64,000 nucleotides of DNA from a virus. Below, one piece after another: positions 22,243 to 32,534 of this stretch. The translations under genes and the position numbers were made by a program. The notes beneath the pieces are model-generated. The model saw only the letters and a program-made list of their open reading frames with translations. It searched no databases and was not told the origin of the DNA. Location: the IMG/VR virus record IMGVR_UViG_3300035181_002344; one strand, given 5' to 3'. Numbering within the stretch: position 1 is the stretch's first letter; the number at the start of each line of letters is the position of its first letter.

Positions 22243-22982
22243 ATAATACAAATAAAATATTGTTGTGGGTATCTGCTGGTATTCTTGTAATACTATTATG
22301 TGTCGGAGGCTATTTTTTTATCAAATACCGAGATTATGTCTCTGAGAATCAATCTCTCAGTTGTCAATTTGCTGAACAACAAAAGATAGTTAAACGCGAT
22401 TCTACAACTTGGGAGCTATTAGCTTTAGAAGTTAAGTCGCTTAAATATGAAAATGAAACATTAAAGAAGACAATTAGTAAAGCTGAGCGTTCAGCTTATT
22501 TGCTTGCAAATATGAAATTTGATTTTAACGGTAAGAAAGACACTATCATTACTGTTGTTAAAGATACTGTTTCAAAGGTAAGGATGTTTGCAGGTACATA
22601 TTTGGATGGTATATATTTGGCGGGAAGCTTTGAACCGTATAATCCGTATAGATTATTTATTGATTCATTAAAAGCCTCGTTTGGAATTGATGTTGCTTTA
22701 TCTGAAGACAATGATAATAAATGGTTTTATGATATAGTTACTTCTTCAAAATATCTTGTGCCTAAGTATGTCAATGTGCAGGTTAGACCTAAAGAAAAGG
22801 TTAAGCGAATAGGATATTATTATGGAGCTGGATTGCATGGTAATTTTTCTGGTTCGTTATTTAAGGGTATTACTGTTGATGGCGGTTTTACATATGATAC
22901 CTATGGTGGTGGAATATATGTTGGTAATTTCGAAAAAAGTGGTTATTTCGGCATTAAAATATACAAATTTGGAGTGTTCTAA
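22239..22982 (+). CDS. Membrane-anchored protein, possible spanin-like
   Basis: N-terminal TM, coiled coil, Gly/aromatic beta-rich C-terminus ending in F. Confidence 0.4.
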   Translation: MNNTNKILLWVSAGILVILLCVGGYFFIKYRDYVSENQSLSCQFAEQQKIVKRDSTTWELLALEVKSLKYENETLKKTISKAERSAYLLANMKFDFNGKKDTIITVVKDTVSKVRMFAGTYLDGIYLAGSFEPYNPYRLFIDSLKASFGIDVALSEDNDNKWFYDIVTSSKYLVPKYVNVQVRPKEKVKRIGYYYGAGLHGNFSGSLFKGITVDGGFTYDTYGGGIYVGNFEKSGYFGIKIYKFGVF

Positions 22983-23248
22983 TGGATTTAACTCAACTAA
23001 CAGCTGCTGTTACTCAGCTGCAGAAAGATGTGGTTACTATTAATAAAATGATTAGTACCATTTTAGAAACCATCACCTCTCTTCCAAACACATATGCTAG
23101 CAAGCTGGAATTTAAACAATTGGATATGTTTAGAGGCGAACAGATACAAAGTATCTTAGATGAATTAAATGGTACCCCGGATATTACCGGACTATCTGAA
23201 AGAGTTGCAAATCTTGAACGGATTCTCTCTCAGCCTCCCAAATCCTAA
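22982..23248 (+). CDS. Hypothetical coiled-coil protein
   Basis: TAATG coupling; last + strand gene of the block. Confidence 0.55.
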   Translation: MDLTQLTAAVTQLQKDVVTINKMISTILETITSLPNTYASKLEFKQLDMFRGEQIQSILDELNGTPDITGLSERVANLERILSQPPKS

Positions 23249-23291
23249 CATCACCTCTTAGCAATAACCATTATCTCTCTCGATAAATATA

Positions 23292-23332
23292 GCCACCCAA
23301 AGATTAAGACACAAGTTTAATCTTCAGGTGGC
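23292..23332. terminator. Hairpin at convergent strand switch
   Basis: GCCACC..AAGATTAA / TTAATCTT..GGTGGC stem between convergent gene blocks. Confidence 0.55.
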
Positions 23333-23346
23333 AAATAAACGTCGCA

Positions 23347-23781
23347 CTATATGACGATTACGCGATTTATATCTTTCTCAATTACAAAATTGGCAGCTGT
23401 TTGTATGTATTCTGGCGAATACTCTATTTTATCTTGAACTAATATCACAATATCATATAAACGGCCTCTGAATACCTCTCCAAGAGTCGCATTTTTAATA
23501 TCTACAGGAACAAACGTCCACTGCCCTGCTCGATTGTAGATTCCATTCTCAGCGAATGAATTTGACATCGGATATCCATTATCTGCGAATACTTTCTTTA
23601 ATTTGAAATGCATATATTCTAGCATAACATCATTTCCAATAACCATTCCATGAAATTTTGGCGTTGTCTTGCGTAATTCTGCATCGTCCATCGTTAGCCA
23701 ATTATCTGGGAGACGGTTTACCTCCCAGTATGGCTGAAAATATTCGAGTATTCGCTCTTCAAATGTTTGAATTTTGTCCAT
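23347..23781 (-). CDS. Hypothetical protein
   Basis: 144-aa ORF coupled to the kinase gene. Confidence 0.55.
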   Translation of the reverse strand: MDKIQTFEERILEYFQPYWEVNRLPDNWLTMDDAELRKTTPKFHGMVIGNDVMLEYMHFKLKKVFADNGYPMSNSFAENGIYNRAGQWTFVPVDIKNATLGEVFRGRLYDIVILVQDKIEYSPEYIQTAANFVIEKDINRVIVI

Positions 23782-24527
23782 TAGACCGCCTTTTTATTGT
23801 CGGACCAAATATTAATAATATTATCAAAAGTTTCAAGCGATGATGCACGAAGTTTATCTATATCCTTGTCCATGCAATCAATTGTAAAATCAGCTTTTAT
23901 TTTATCCAGCTCAATTTCTGATGGATGCTTGGGGTCTCTGTCTGTAGCTAAATATTGAGTTCCATCCTGCTTCCATCTATTAACTCTGACGAAAAAGCCA
24001 TTTATTGATTTTATGAATTTGTATTCATTTAGGAATCGCGTATCTGGAATTAAAATAATAGCATTTGGATCCATATCTTCTATTTGCTTTTTAATAATAT
24101 TGACCCAATAATTGCCGCCAAAGTATGTTCTGCGATAATCAGTTCCCCAAAACTGTAAAATCTCAGCGTCTTTCTCTTCCATCCGATGATATACGTCTAT
24201 GTTTCTATCTTCGAATATTTTATGAAGTCGGGGAACTTCTTCAATAGAATAATGTCCATAAATAGCTGTTGATTTATCTGCTTTAAAATATTTCTCAAAG
24301 ATCATGTATTCGTTTACTTGTTTGCGCGTGTTAAATATGCGTATAGCAAGAGGATTATTTTCATCTTCTCTTGACACCTCTGCATATAAAGCATCTGCCC
24401 AATGCATAATAATAACATCGCCGTAAACATCTTTTATGTATCTAGCCGCATAATCTTTACCCTGTCTAGCTTTGTTTCCAAAGCCTATTACTAGTGGATA
24501 TTGTTTATTTTTCATCTGCGTCCTCAA
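23781..24527 (-). CDS. Deoxynucleoside monophosphate kinase
   Basis: GFGNKARQGKD P-loop, LQFWGTD.RR, IPDTRF.NE, HPSE motifs. Confidence 0.9.
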   Translation of the reverse strand: MRTQMKNKQYPLVIGFGNKARQGKDYAARYIKDVYGDVIIMHWADALYAEVSREDENNPLAIRIFNTRKQVNEYMIFEKYFKADKSTAIYGHYSIEEVPRLHKIFEDRNIDVYHRMEEKDAEILQFWGTDYRRTYFGGNYWVNIIKKQIEDMDPNAIILIPDTRFLNEYKFIKSINGFFVRVNRWKQDGTQYLATDRDPKHPSEIELDKIKADFTIDCMDKDIDKLRASSLETFDNIINIWSDNKKAV

Positions 24528-24855
24528 ATAATTCTAATTGCTGGGGATCTTTAAAATTAATATCTTGTATTCCCCCGAGTTTCATACGTAGTTTAATTAA
24601 ATAACTGATTGCTAGTTCTATTTTGTCAAAAGCCCCTGCCTCATCTCCCTTCTCTGCTAATTCTTCTGCCTCAAGTAATTGCGTATTAACATAAAATCTC
24701 CGTATATGCCTAATCTCTTGATGCAATAAATGTTTTGAGCTAGGAAGTTCTTCATCTGCGGTATTTAGCAAGCTTTCATATTTGAATATATGTTTAAGCT
24801 TCGGCAAAATGATTTCTTTGATATAGTCTAATTTCATTGCGTGATAATCTATCAT
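24505..24855 (-). CDS. Hypothetical protein
   Basis: ORF in operon. Confidence 0.5.
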   Translation of the reverse strand: MIDYHAMKLDYIKEIILPKLKHIFKYESLLNTADEELPSSKHLLHQEIRHIRRFYVNTQLLEAEELAEKGDEAGAFDKIELAISYLIKLRMKLGGIQDINFKDPQQLELFEDADEK

Positions 24856-24885
24856 AGTTACTCCTTATGCGACGAAGACAACCAT

Positions 24886-25917
24886 TTAGGTTGTCTTCTC
24901 TACTCGCTTATGTTTCTTTTGTGGTTTTTGTCCTTTGACGCCAAGATGGTCTGCAATAGCTTCTTGTGTCCAGCATATATCTTTGAATCCGCAATAGCTA
25001 CAATTCCAATCGCCAGGACGTTCATTAGGCTTTTTCTTAAAATCATCGTATTTTGATTTTGATAGGCGACCAGCAGCATATTCTGCTTCTATTTTGTCAT
25101 CTGTATAGACTAATTCGTAATCTCTTGGTGGCAATTCTAATTCTTCTTTTGCCTTGCCAGAGCTTAATTCTTTAACAGCGTTTTTTACATAGTTTCCTAA
25201 TAGCTCGAAACGTTCTATAACATTTTCATAATAGAAGCGCATATCAGGAACTCCATCTACAACTACACGATGTCTTCCTGTTGCATCTGGTTCTAATGTT
25301 ATATCAAATTCAATGCGACTCATATTATCCCTTAAAAGATATACAAGTTTGCCGCCGACCAAATCTTCATCATCTTTGAAATTCCATAGGTAAGTGCTCA
25401 ATTGAAGCACATGTTCAATCATTGGTCTACCTTTGGTTTCATTTCGTCCTCCGAATAGCTCCCTTTCTTTTATGTATCCATATGTAGATTTACATTCTAT
25501 GAATATTTTTCCTCCTCCATCAGGATGCCGTGCTATAATATCTATTTCGCCAGACACCATTGTTTTGGGGTCCCAAAATTTGACAGAGCGGTTATCATAT
25601 ATGCCGGCTATTTTAACTAATTCTGCAATAAAATCTTCTATTTGCCGTCCAAATTCAAAAATAAACTCTGCTTTTATTCCATTTGGGGCCTCTGGGAAGC
25701 CAAATATTCTGTAGAACGATTTTCTATGGCATCCACCAGCTATTGAGGCTGTATTCGTTTCTGGATCTATTAAAACAACGCTTGCTTCAGATGGATAGAG
25801 AGAAATACGTCTATTGCCTTCGAATCGATCTCTTACTAAAGCGTTATCTAGCGTTTCCCAAAACTTGAAACTATTCAATAGTTTCTGATTCATAATTGTC
25901 TCCGTGTTGAAATCCAA
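24886..25917 (-). CDS. Cas4-like PD-(D/E)XK exonuclease
   Basis: C(GGCHRK)...GEID...IECKS...Q..Y...CSYCGFKDIC four-Cys Fe-S pattern. Confidence 0.85.
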   Translation of the reverse strand: MDFNTETIMNQKLLNSFKFWETLDNALVRDRFEGNRRISLYPSEASVVLIDPETNTASIAGGCHRKSFYRIFGFPEAPNGIKAEFIFEFGRQIEDFIAELVKIAGIYDNRSVKFWDPKTMVSGEIDIIARHPDGGGKIFIECKSTYGYIKERELFGGRNETKGRPMIEHVLQLSTYLWNFKDDEDLVGGKLVYLLRDNMSRIEFDITLEPDATGRHRVVVDGVPDMRFYYENVIERFELLGNYVKNAVKELSSGKAKEELELPPRDYELVYTDDKIEAEYAAGRLSKSKYDDFKKKPNERPGDWNCSYCGFKDICWTQEAIADHLGVKGQKPQKKHKRVEKTT

Positions 25918-26068
25918 TTGGATATTTATTGTTAATAATAACTTCTGTTAATTTAGATTGGGCTTCAGCCATATTGAATAATCCGCGCAATTGTTCAATA
26001 GGCTGATTTGCCCGATTATTTCCAACGCCAGATCGATCAGCCATCTGCAGATAAGAGATAATCCTCAA
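25871..26068 (-). CDS. Hypothetical protein
   Basis: Fills the operon gap; GAGG RBS. Confidence 0.45.
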   Translation of the reverse strand: MRIISYLQMADRSGVGNNRANQPIEQLRGLFNMAEAQSKLTEVIINNKYPIGFQHGDNYESETIE

Positions 26069-26070
26069 GT

Positions 26071-26763
26071 TTATTCGGAACGTTGGTTTTTAATTTTACT
26101 TAGCTTTCCGATTAGTTGTTTTTTAATACGTGTAATATTATGCGGCAATCTTAATTGTTCATGTGTAAACTCAAATGTTGTCAATAACGTTTCCCATATG
26201 CTATCTCCGTTACACAATGCATTATAGCAGATGCGTCTTTCAACGGGATTGAGTTGCATTGGCGCAATTAAGAAAAGCCAGCCGTCATCTAAAAGCCATC
26301 TTTCATCAATAACAAATGTTTCTTCAAAAGACACTTGTGGTTCTTCTTCAATGGCTTCGTATTTGAATTCGTTAATACTAAGCTTCTTGATTTCGTTGGC
26401 CACTGCAAAGATCGTTTGTCTTTGTAATATTTCTCTAAGAGGATTCTTCGGATGTCTTAATTTTATATACCATTCGGCATATTCTTTATATGCAATAAAC
26501 AGTATTGACTCAAAATGGTCAATCGAGTAGATATTAATTATGCTTTGACATAGATCGATGGTTTTTGTTACATCTAATTTATAATCAAATCTGCCTCGCA
26601 TTACATTAATGAAGAATTTTGCCGTTTGTACTGATGTATCCATTGATAGAAAGGTTTCTAAATAGCTTCTAAAAATATGACGGCGTTTTATATAAAACTT
26701 GTTGATTCCCTCGTTTTCGATAACTGGCGTAAGATGGTATTCTAAACTACTAAGGCTTAGCAT
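26071..26763 (-). CDS. Hypothetical protein, possible divergent sigma-factor-like C-terminus
   Basis: LNPVERRI...RIKKQLIGKL loosely resembles sigma region 4. Confidence 0.3.
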   Translation of the reverse strand: MLSLSSLEYHLTPVIENEGINKFYIKRRHIFRSYLETFLSMDTSVQTAKFFINVMRGRFDYKLDVTKTIDLCQSIINIYSIDHFESILFIAYKEYAEWYIKLRHPKNPLREILQRQTIFAVANEIKKLSINEFKYEAIEEEPQVSFEETFVIDERWLLDDGWLFLIAPMQLNPVERRICYNALCNGDSIWETLLTTFEFTHEQLRLPHNITRIKKQLIGKLSKIKNQRSE

Positions 26764-27334
26764 TGTAAAAGAATATCTCCGTGCGCGGAAATTCTGTATC
26801 GTATCTTACTCTAGAATCTGAATGGTGCGATGCAATAATACCGCAGTGATCGTCTTTTATGATACCAGCTCTGACTAAAATATCTTGTGGTGCTTCGTAA
26901 AGGTTAGAGATATCAACTCTTCGCTTAGAATCACGATAGAAATTAAATTTCAAAGTATATGGCGGATCATTTGGTATAAATGCGGGGAAATATTTTTGGA
27001 AATATGCTAGATAGTATTCTTCAAAAGGAGCATATCTTTTATTTGGTAATCTCATTCCATGGAAGTTTGTCTGCGAATTTTTCTTTATCACAGGATTACC
27101 CATTAATATAAAGAAGCAGATAGCTCCTGTTTCTATTGAGTTTTTTAATGCGGCCGAATGTATTTCTTCGGGTACTATTGTATAAACATCATTTTTAATC
27201 ATATGCTTAACAATTGTGCTTTCAGAAACATCAGCTAATTTAGCTATTGCTCCATACCAAAGGCCTTTATCGGCATATTTTTTTAACCATTCTGCGTCTC
27301 TATAAGATCGATCTAACGTCTTGGTTTTTGCCAT
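26750..27334 (-). CDS. RusA-like Holliday junction resolvase with N-terminal HTH
   Basis: RRVDISNL....QDILV.AGII.DD motif. Confidence 0.8.
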   Translation of the reverse strand: MAKTKTLDRSYRDAEWLKKYADKGLWYGAIAKLADVSESTIVKHMIKNDVYTIVPEEIHSAALKNSIETGAICFFILMGNPVIKKNSQTNFHGMRLPNKRYAPFEEYYLAYFQKYFPAFIPNDPPYTLKFNFYRDSKRRVDISNLYEAPQDILVRAGIIKDDHCGIIASHHSDSRVRYDTEFPRTEIFFYNAKP

Positions 27335-27662
27335 ATACCTTGCGTCCTCCTATTAGATATGCTTTGATAAAACCCATGGCTACCTGATTTGAATAAGACA
27401 TAATTTCTTGGGTTTCTAGTTTAAGTTTCATTTCTGGAAAGGGAGCAACATAATTAAATGCTGATGGGTCAAAGTCTTCTGGGTTTGCTACCATATCTTC
27501 AAAAATAACTTTTGGTTCAGCATATATCTTTTTTTCTCCATCATCTGCTGCTCCCCATCCGATTTCTTTAAATAAATCTGTGGCCATTAATAGAGCGCTT
27601 ACAGTTTGGACTATTCTTTCTTCATCCGATGTTAAGGTTGGTTTTTGTGCGTTGGCTTCCAT
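27300..27662 (-). CDS. Hypothetical protein
   Basis: ORF in operon. Confidence 0.5.
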   Translation of the reverse strand: MEANAQKPTLTSDEERIVQTVSALLMATDLFKEIGWGAADDGEKKIYAEPKVIFEDMVANPEDFDPSAFNYVAPFPEMKLKLETQEIMSYSNQVAMGFIKAYLIGGRKVYGKNQDVRSIL

Positions 27663-28552
27663 AAATCATATCCTTTTTTAATTGCTTTAATGTTTTTTCT
27701 ATTATACAATTTATTAATAATTCCTGAGTTAAAATCTCTCAAAGCCTGAATTGTTCTTTCGTCGAATTTAGAATCAATATTAGCTTTGAAATCCGAATAA
27801 TATTTTAGTTTCTTTTTTACCATGATTGCCGTTTCTCTGCGGATATTATCCATAGAAATTAATGGACCAGGAGATTCCTTTGGAATATGTTTATGTCCTT
27901 TTGAGTCAAATAAACAGAATTGTCCCAATGCCTCTGCTTGGCCTAATATTGCGTTATATGGATTTAGCTTAAATTGCAAACTTAATATTGTAAGCGTTCT
28001 AATTAATGCTTGTATAAGCTTACTTTGAGGTGGCGCTGAGTTTTTAGAAACCGAATATTGTAATAATATGCCGATTGACCTTATGTTATTACATGCTGTA
28101 TTATATGTAATTTTATCAAAGTCCACTATCTTCTCAATTAGCCCATTTGAATTTATGAAAATATGATAGCTGAAACCTGGCAATGGCTTGCCTGGGGTAA
28201 CATCGTTCTTTTCTGATGTATCAAGTTTCATTAAGTCGAATGAAGACCATTGAGAATGATCGCTTGCGGCGATTATTATTGTATCGATTATCTCAGTATC
28301 TCTTGTTGGCCATTCGTTTGGATAGTCTTCTGCTATATCTTCGATTATCCATTGCTCGATTCGTGTTTTGCGCAATAAGCTTATTTCTAATTCGTCAATT
28401 TGTTGTTGTGTCGGATTGAGAAGTAGATGTCCCTTCCTTTTTATTATCGCTGGAGCTGGTGGGTTGAATAAGTTCGTAACTTTTCGTTTTGAAAAGCCCA
28501 GTTTTTGCGCGATACGTATCAAGATTTCGTATAATTTCAGACCAATGTTCAT
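27632..28552 (-). CDS. Amidase_2 (PGRP/T7 lysozyme-like) domain protein lacking Zn ligands
   Basis: SYHIFINSNG, N..SIGI and PG motifs present; His/His/Cys positions read IIIAAS, LGQAE, ESPG. Confidence 0.7.
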   Translation of the reverse strand: MNIGLKLYEILIRIAQKLGFSKRKVTNLFNPPAPAIIKRKGHLLLNPTQQQIDELEISLLRKTRIEQWIIEDIAEDYPNEWPTRDTEIIDTIIIAASDHSQWSSFDLMKLDTSEKNDVTPGKPLPGFSYHIFINSNGLIEKIVDFDKITYNTACNNIRSIGILLQYSVSKNSAPPQSKLIQALIRTLTILSLQFKLNPYNAILGQAEALGQFCLFDSKGHKHIPKESPGPLISMDNIRRETAIMVKKKLKYYSDFKANIDSKFDERTIQALRDFNSGIINKLYNRKNIKAIKKGYDLWKPTHKNQP

Positions 28553-29009
28553 TTATTATTCTCCGTATGTTTTCGGTGCTTATTTTTTCATCATAATTGA
28601 TGTGGATTAAATGAATGTTATTTTCTTTAGCAAGGCAAATTTTATTTTCATCACGCTCTATTTGTTCTGCGAAATTAACGTGCCGTGAGAAATCAGTCTT
28701 GCCATGGAAAAAGGGAGTGATCTTTGTATGTTGTATTCCTTGAACCTCTACGCCTAATCGAATATCTTTGATATAATAATCAAGTCTATAGGGGCCGATA
28801 GGATGTTGAGGGATTATTTTTAATTTCGGAAATATTTGTTTTAGGCAATCTCCTACGCTTTTCTCTAAATCTGACTTATTATGACGCTTTACTCCTTTTA
28901 ATGCAAATTCAACAGCCTCTGGAGTTAAATCTAGCTCTTTCATAATATCAGCTTCAGATTTCTTATTTACTAAGTATTCGTACTTAATTAAATTTACCAG
29001 CGTCTTCAT
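28395..29009 (-). CDS. DUF559/Vsr-like endonuclease
   Basis: YRLDYY.....VEVQG.QH...RD..K motif. Confidence 0.75.
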   Translation of the reverse strand: MKTLVNLIKYEYLVNKKSEADIMKELDLTPEAVEFALKGVKRHNKSDLEKSVGDCLKQIFPKLKIIPQHPIGPYRLDYYIKDIRLGVEVQGIQHTKITPFFHGKTDFSRHVNFAEQIERDENKICLAKENNIHLIHINYDEKISTENIRRIINEHWSEIIRNLDTYRAKTGLFKTKSYELIQPTSSSDNKKEGTSTSQSDTTTN

Positions 29010-29283
29010 CTTTGATGAGCCCTTCTTTTTTAGCGATATTCATTAATGTGATCCATAGAATATCATCGTCAACAAAACGAACGCTCGATGGATTAATGAT
29101 GTCGCTCTTTTGATCGATTAATTCTTCAATATAATTCTCTTTGGTTGCGTATACATGATAAACAATGAACTTTCTATTTTTGTATTCGATAGTTCCTAAA
29201 TGTCTATATTTAACGCCATTGCTTTCATAGTCTCTAAGTTCTGAAGTGTAATTAAACACTTTTGCACTGATAATTTTACTCAT
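28984..29283 (-). CDS. Hypothetical protein
   Basis: Overlap-coupled ORF. Confidence 0.5.
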   Translation of the reverse strand: MSKIISAKVFNYTSELRDYESNGVKYRHLGTIEYKNRKFIVYHVYATKENYIEELIDQKSDIINPSSVRFVDDDILWITLMNIAKKEGLIKDEDAGKFN

Positions 29284-29999
29284 AATTTACAGCTCCTGAT
29301 ATATTTGCAGTTCGAACAATGATATGTGTTTGATATTTTTGCGCCAGAATCCATTCTTATCATAATATTTCGTAGCTCATTAAGGGCCCGTTCCATCTCT
29401 CCTTTGGAGAATTTATAATTCAAAAGAGATAGTACGCCATTAGAAGTCTCCGAAAAATAGAGTATCATATATTGCTTGATTTCAATATTTAATTTGTGCT
29501 GCAATACCGCAGAGGTGAATCTTATTTGATTTTCTCTTGCGATGTCATCAACTTCCCATGAAAAAAACATAGGCATTATTGTTTTCTGTGGTGTTGTAAA
29601 AACAATAGGAATTGTATCATTATAATAAAGTCCGCCAACTTGATATGTCACGGGAAAATTGAAGCCGATAGGTCTATATCCTTTTTCTGCATATTCGCCT
29701 ACATATTGGTCTAAATAATATTTCTTGATTAGCATAAAGAAATTATTTAGCCTTATGCGATTCCAATTAAGCTCCTTTACTAACTCTTTTCTCGCTTTAC
29801 CAATAATGACGCTTAACGATCCAAATGCTGGCGGATAACCTAATTCCATTTCTCTAAAGAACATATACATGATTATCCGCCTTATTATTTTTGTCCTTAG
29901 TCTTATTGGTTGGCTTTCTGAAACATCGGAGTTGAAATTATAATAAAGCAGCGGACAAATTAAATATGCTTTGATATTTTCATATTTAATCTGTGTCAT
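29280..29999 (-). CDS. Degenerate AddB/Cas4-like Fe-S protein
   Basis: YLICP...HCSNCKYIRSC Cys pattern; no recognisable D-(D/E)xK catalytic motif. Confidence 0.5.
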   Translation of the reverse strand: MTQIKYENIKAYLICPLLYYNFNSDVSESQPIRLRTKIIRRIIMYMFFREMELGYPPAFGSLSVIIGKARKELVKELNWNRIRLNNFFMLIKKYYLDQYVGEYAEKGYRPIGFNFPVTYQVGGLYYNDTIPIVFTTPQKTIMPMFFSWEVDDIARENQIRFTSAVLQHKLNIEIKQYMILYFSETSNGVLSLLNYKFSKGEMERALNELRNIMIRMDSGAKISNTYHCSNCKYIRSCKL

Positions 30000-30000
30000 A

Positions 30001-32517
30001 TTATCCTATCTTTTTATTTAGATACGCTATATTTGTTGGTTTTGAATTATAAATATTTGCCATCATATCTCTTATGCCTTCGTGACACATATTTACATTA
30101 GCCGCATTTACCTCTGAATACATAGCTCTTGATGGATGAAAGAAATAATGGTTTTTACCTTTAAGATCGGTAAGCTTGTTTTTCCCTGTGACTAAAGAAA
30201 TGATTGGCATTTTTTTATTACTGCCTTCTTCTACGAAATACATATCGGTATCTTCATTGGTGTGCATTGGATTAAGCAAGTGACCTATCCAATCTGCATC
30301 ATATTCTACACCTTTGCTTTCTCTCATCATTTCATTGAGATTTTGATATCCGCCTTCCATCTTTCCCTTTCTATATTCAACGGTATAGAAAGAGGTTATT
30401 CCGTGTCGTTTTGATAAATCTTTAGCGGCATTTGACAATTCAGCTATTCTTTTATTATCATCGGCGGCATTTGCAAAATCTTTTAGCTTATACATATTGT
30501 CACAGAAATACCATATTTTTCTATCTGGAAAGTTTTGACGAGCAATATCAATCATCATATCGGCAGATGATAGATTTTTACCTTGCTCGCTGCCTTTTAA
30601 TATTAGGCGACCTTCTTTTGTCCACATCATTAATTTATTATAAGCTTCTTCTCTTGCTATGAGGAAGTCTTCTCTATCTGGCGCATCATATTTCCATGGG
30701 AATGCAACATGATTGATTGTCGCTTTTTTGAAAGATTCATATGCTAATGATGCAACAAAACGTGGGATAATTTTATTGCGCGGATCATCTAGTGTATGAA
30801 AAATGATAGTTATATCATTAAAGCGTTCGTCGTCATATGGAGTGCCTAGCGTAACATCTCCTTCATGAGCATCGAGTATATTTCTTATGAGATTAATGAT
30901 GAAGCTTGTTTTTCCAGAATTTGGCTGTCCACCTAACAATAGTACAGCTTCTGATATCATACCATCTATCATTCGTTCAAAATATGGCCAGCTCTTTAGA
31001 TATACAGATCTAAATGCATCTGGTTGCTCTGATAGCATTTTGAACTTTCTGATATAATCATATGATTCGCTGTGGTCAAATGAAAAGCGTTCATATTGTT
31101 GAGTGATATTGCGAATATTTGATAGGCCTTCGTGCAAAATAACTGAGGCATCGTTGGGATTTTTCTTTAGCTTAACAATGATATTGTCAACCAATGCATC
31201 GGTTTCCATTTTGAGCTTAATTTGTCTTTCATTGCTAAGCATTGCAATATCTTTGCGAATAGATTCTAATGGAATATCTGTGATTTCAGAAAGGATTTTG
31301 GCCATTCGATCACGTTCGATATTCGATTTCTCATTGATTATGAGAGGAATGGTTTGCTCTGCAATTTCATAACCAGTGAGATCTGTCTGTTCTTTTAATT
31401 GCTTGATTCTCCATTCAAAAGTTGTAAAATGCGGCAAATTCATAATTCCCTTTTTGCCCTCTTTACGAACTAATTCATCTGGATCCATTCCTTCTGGCAT
31501 CAAGGCAATACGCACTCTAAAATTACGAATACCTTCCATTAGCTTTGTTACCATATCGCCGGCTTTCTTTTTACCAACTTCGTCGCCATCAAGCAGAATT
31601 ACTATATCATTTATTCCAACTGATTGCAATTTTGCAATATGTCCATTGGTTAATTCTGTGCCATTTAATGCGACGGCCTTGATTCCTGCTAAATCTAAAG
31701 CTATGGCATCTGTTTGACCTTCAACAATATAAACCGATCCGAAATGACTTTTTGTTTTAATAACTCTATGTAGGTTATAGAGTAATTCGCTTTTAATGAA
31801 AAAGTCTGTGGTTTTTGTATTGTAGTATTTTGAGCTGCCATCTTCTTTGTTATAAACGCAGTTTCTCGCAGAAAATCCTCTGGGCACTCCATATTCATCT
31901 GCTATCGTAAATATTAAGTTATCTTTAGCAAATAGTTTGGGTACAATGCCAGCTTTTTCTATGAGTTTTTCGCTATAACCTGCTTTTATAAGTTTGCGAA
32001 TTAATGTTTCATAGCTTCCAGATACTCCGATTCCATATGTTATTAAATATTCTGCTTTTGTTAGCATTTTGCTACGCATATATTTTTCAACACTTTCGGA
32101 AATATTCTCTGGATTATATGCATTAGAAACGATAAGATTCTTGGTGAAGGTAAGTAATTCGCGAAGATTCATTCTTTCGACTTCTTCTGGAGTCATTGGC
32201 CGTAGTTCTAGATCTATTCCGAAATGCTCGGCTAATTTAGCAATATTATCGGTAATGAATTCATAACCAACGATTGGCGCACCATTAATATGGTGGTTAA
32301 CGTGAAATATATCATAGCTAGCACCGCATCCAAAACAATGAGCTATTTTTGTTCCATCTTGCAAGCTATATATACTCATTGATGGAGAAGAATCTTCGTG
32401 ATCTGGATTAATGCATTTGAACTTACCGCTATGCTTTTTTATTAATCCTAAATCTTTAAGATAATCTGGTAGCTTGCTTTTTAACTCTCGTTTAACAGAT
32501 TCTAGATCTTTAGCCAT
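30001..32517 (-). CDS. DnaG primase - DnaB-like helicase fusion
   Basis: CHC2 Zn finger (CINPDHED...HCFGC), KYYN, TOPRIM VEG..D and DGD, Walker A GGQPNSGKTS. Confidence 0.92.
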   Translation of the reverse strand: MAKDLESVKRELKSKLPDYLKDLGLIKKHSGKFKCINPDHEDSSPSMSIYSLQDGTKIAHCFGCGASYDIFHVNHHINGAPIVGYEFITDNIAKLAEHFGIDLELRPMTPEEVERMNLRELLTFTKNLIVSNAYNPENISESVEKYMRSKMLTKAEYLITYGIGVSGSYETLIRKLIKAGYSEKLIEKAGIVPKLFAKDNLIFTIADEYGVPRGFSARNCVYNKEDGSSKYYNTKTTDFFIKSELLYNLHRVIKTKSHFGSVYIVEGQTDAIALDLAGIKAVALNGTELTNGHIAKLQSVGINDIVILLDGDEVGKKKAGDMVTKLMEGIRNFRVRIALMPEGMDPDELVRKEGKKGIMNLPHFTTFEWRIKQLKEQTDLTGYEIAEQTIPLIINEKSNIERDRMAKILSEITDIPLESIRKDIAMLSNERQIKLKMETDALVDNIIVKLKKNPNDASVILHEGLSNIRNITQQYERFSFDHSESYDYIRKFKMLSEQPDAFRSVYLKSWPYFERMIDGMISEAVLLLGGQPNSGKTSFIINLIRNILDAHEGDVTLGTPYDDERFNDITIIFHTLDDPRNKIIPRFVASLAYESFKKATINHVAFPWKYDAPDREDFLIAREEAYNKLMMWTKEGRLILKGSEQGKNLSSADMMIDIARQNFPDRKIWYFCDNMYKLKDFANAADDNKRIAELSNAAKDLSKRHGITSFYTVEYRKGKMEGGYQNLNEMMRESKGVEYDADWIGHLLNPMHTNEDTDMYFVEEGSNKKMPIISLVTGKNKLTDLKGKNHYFFHPSRAMYSEVNAANVNMCHEGIRDMMANIYNSKPTNIAYLNKKIG

Positions 32518-32534
32518 TATAATTCTCCGTTGCT

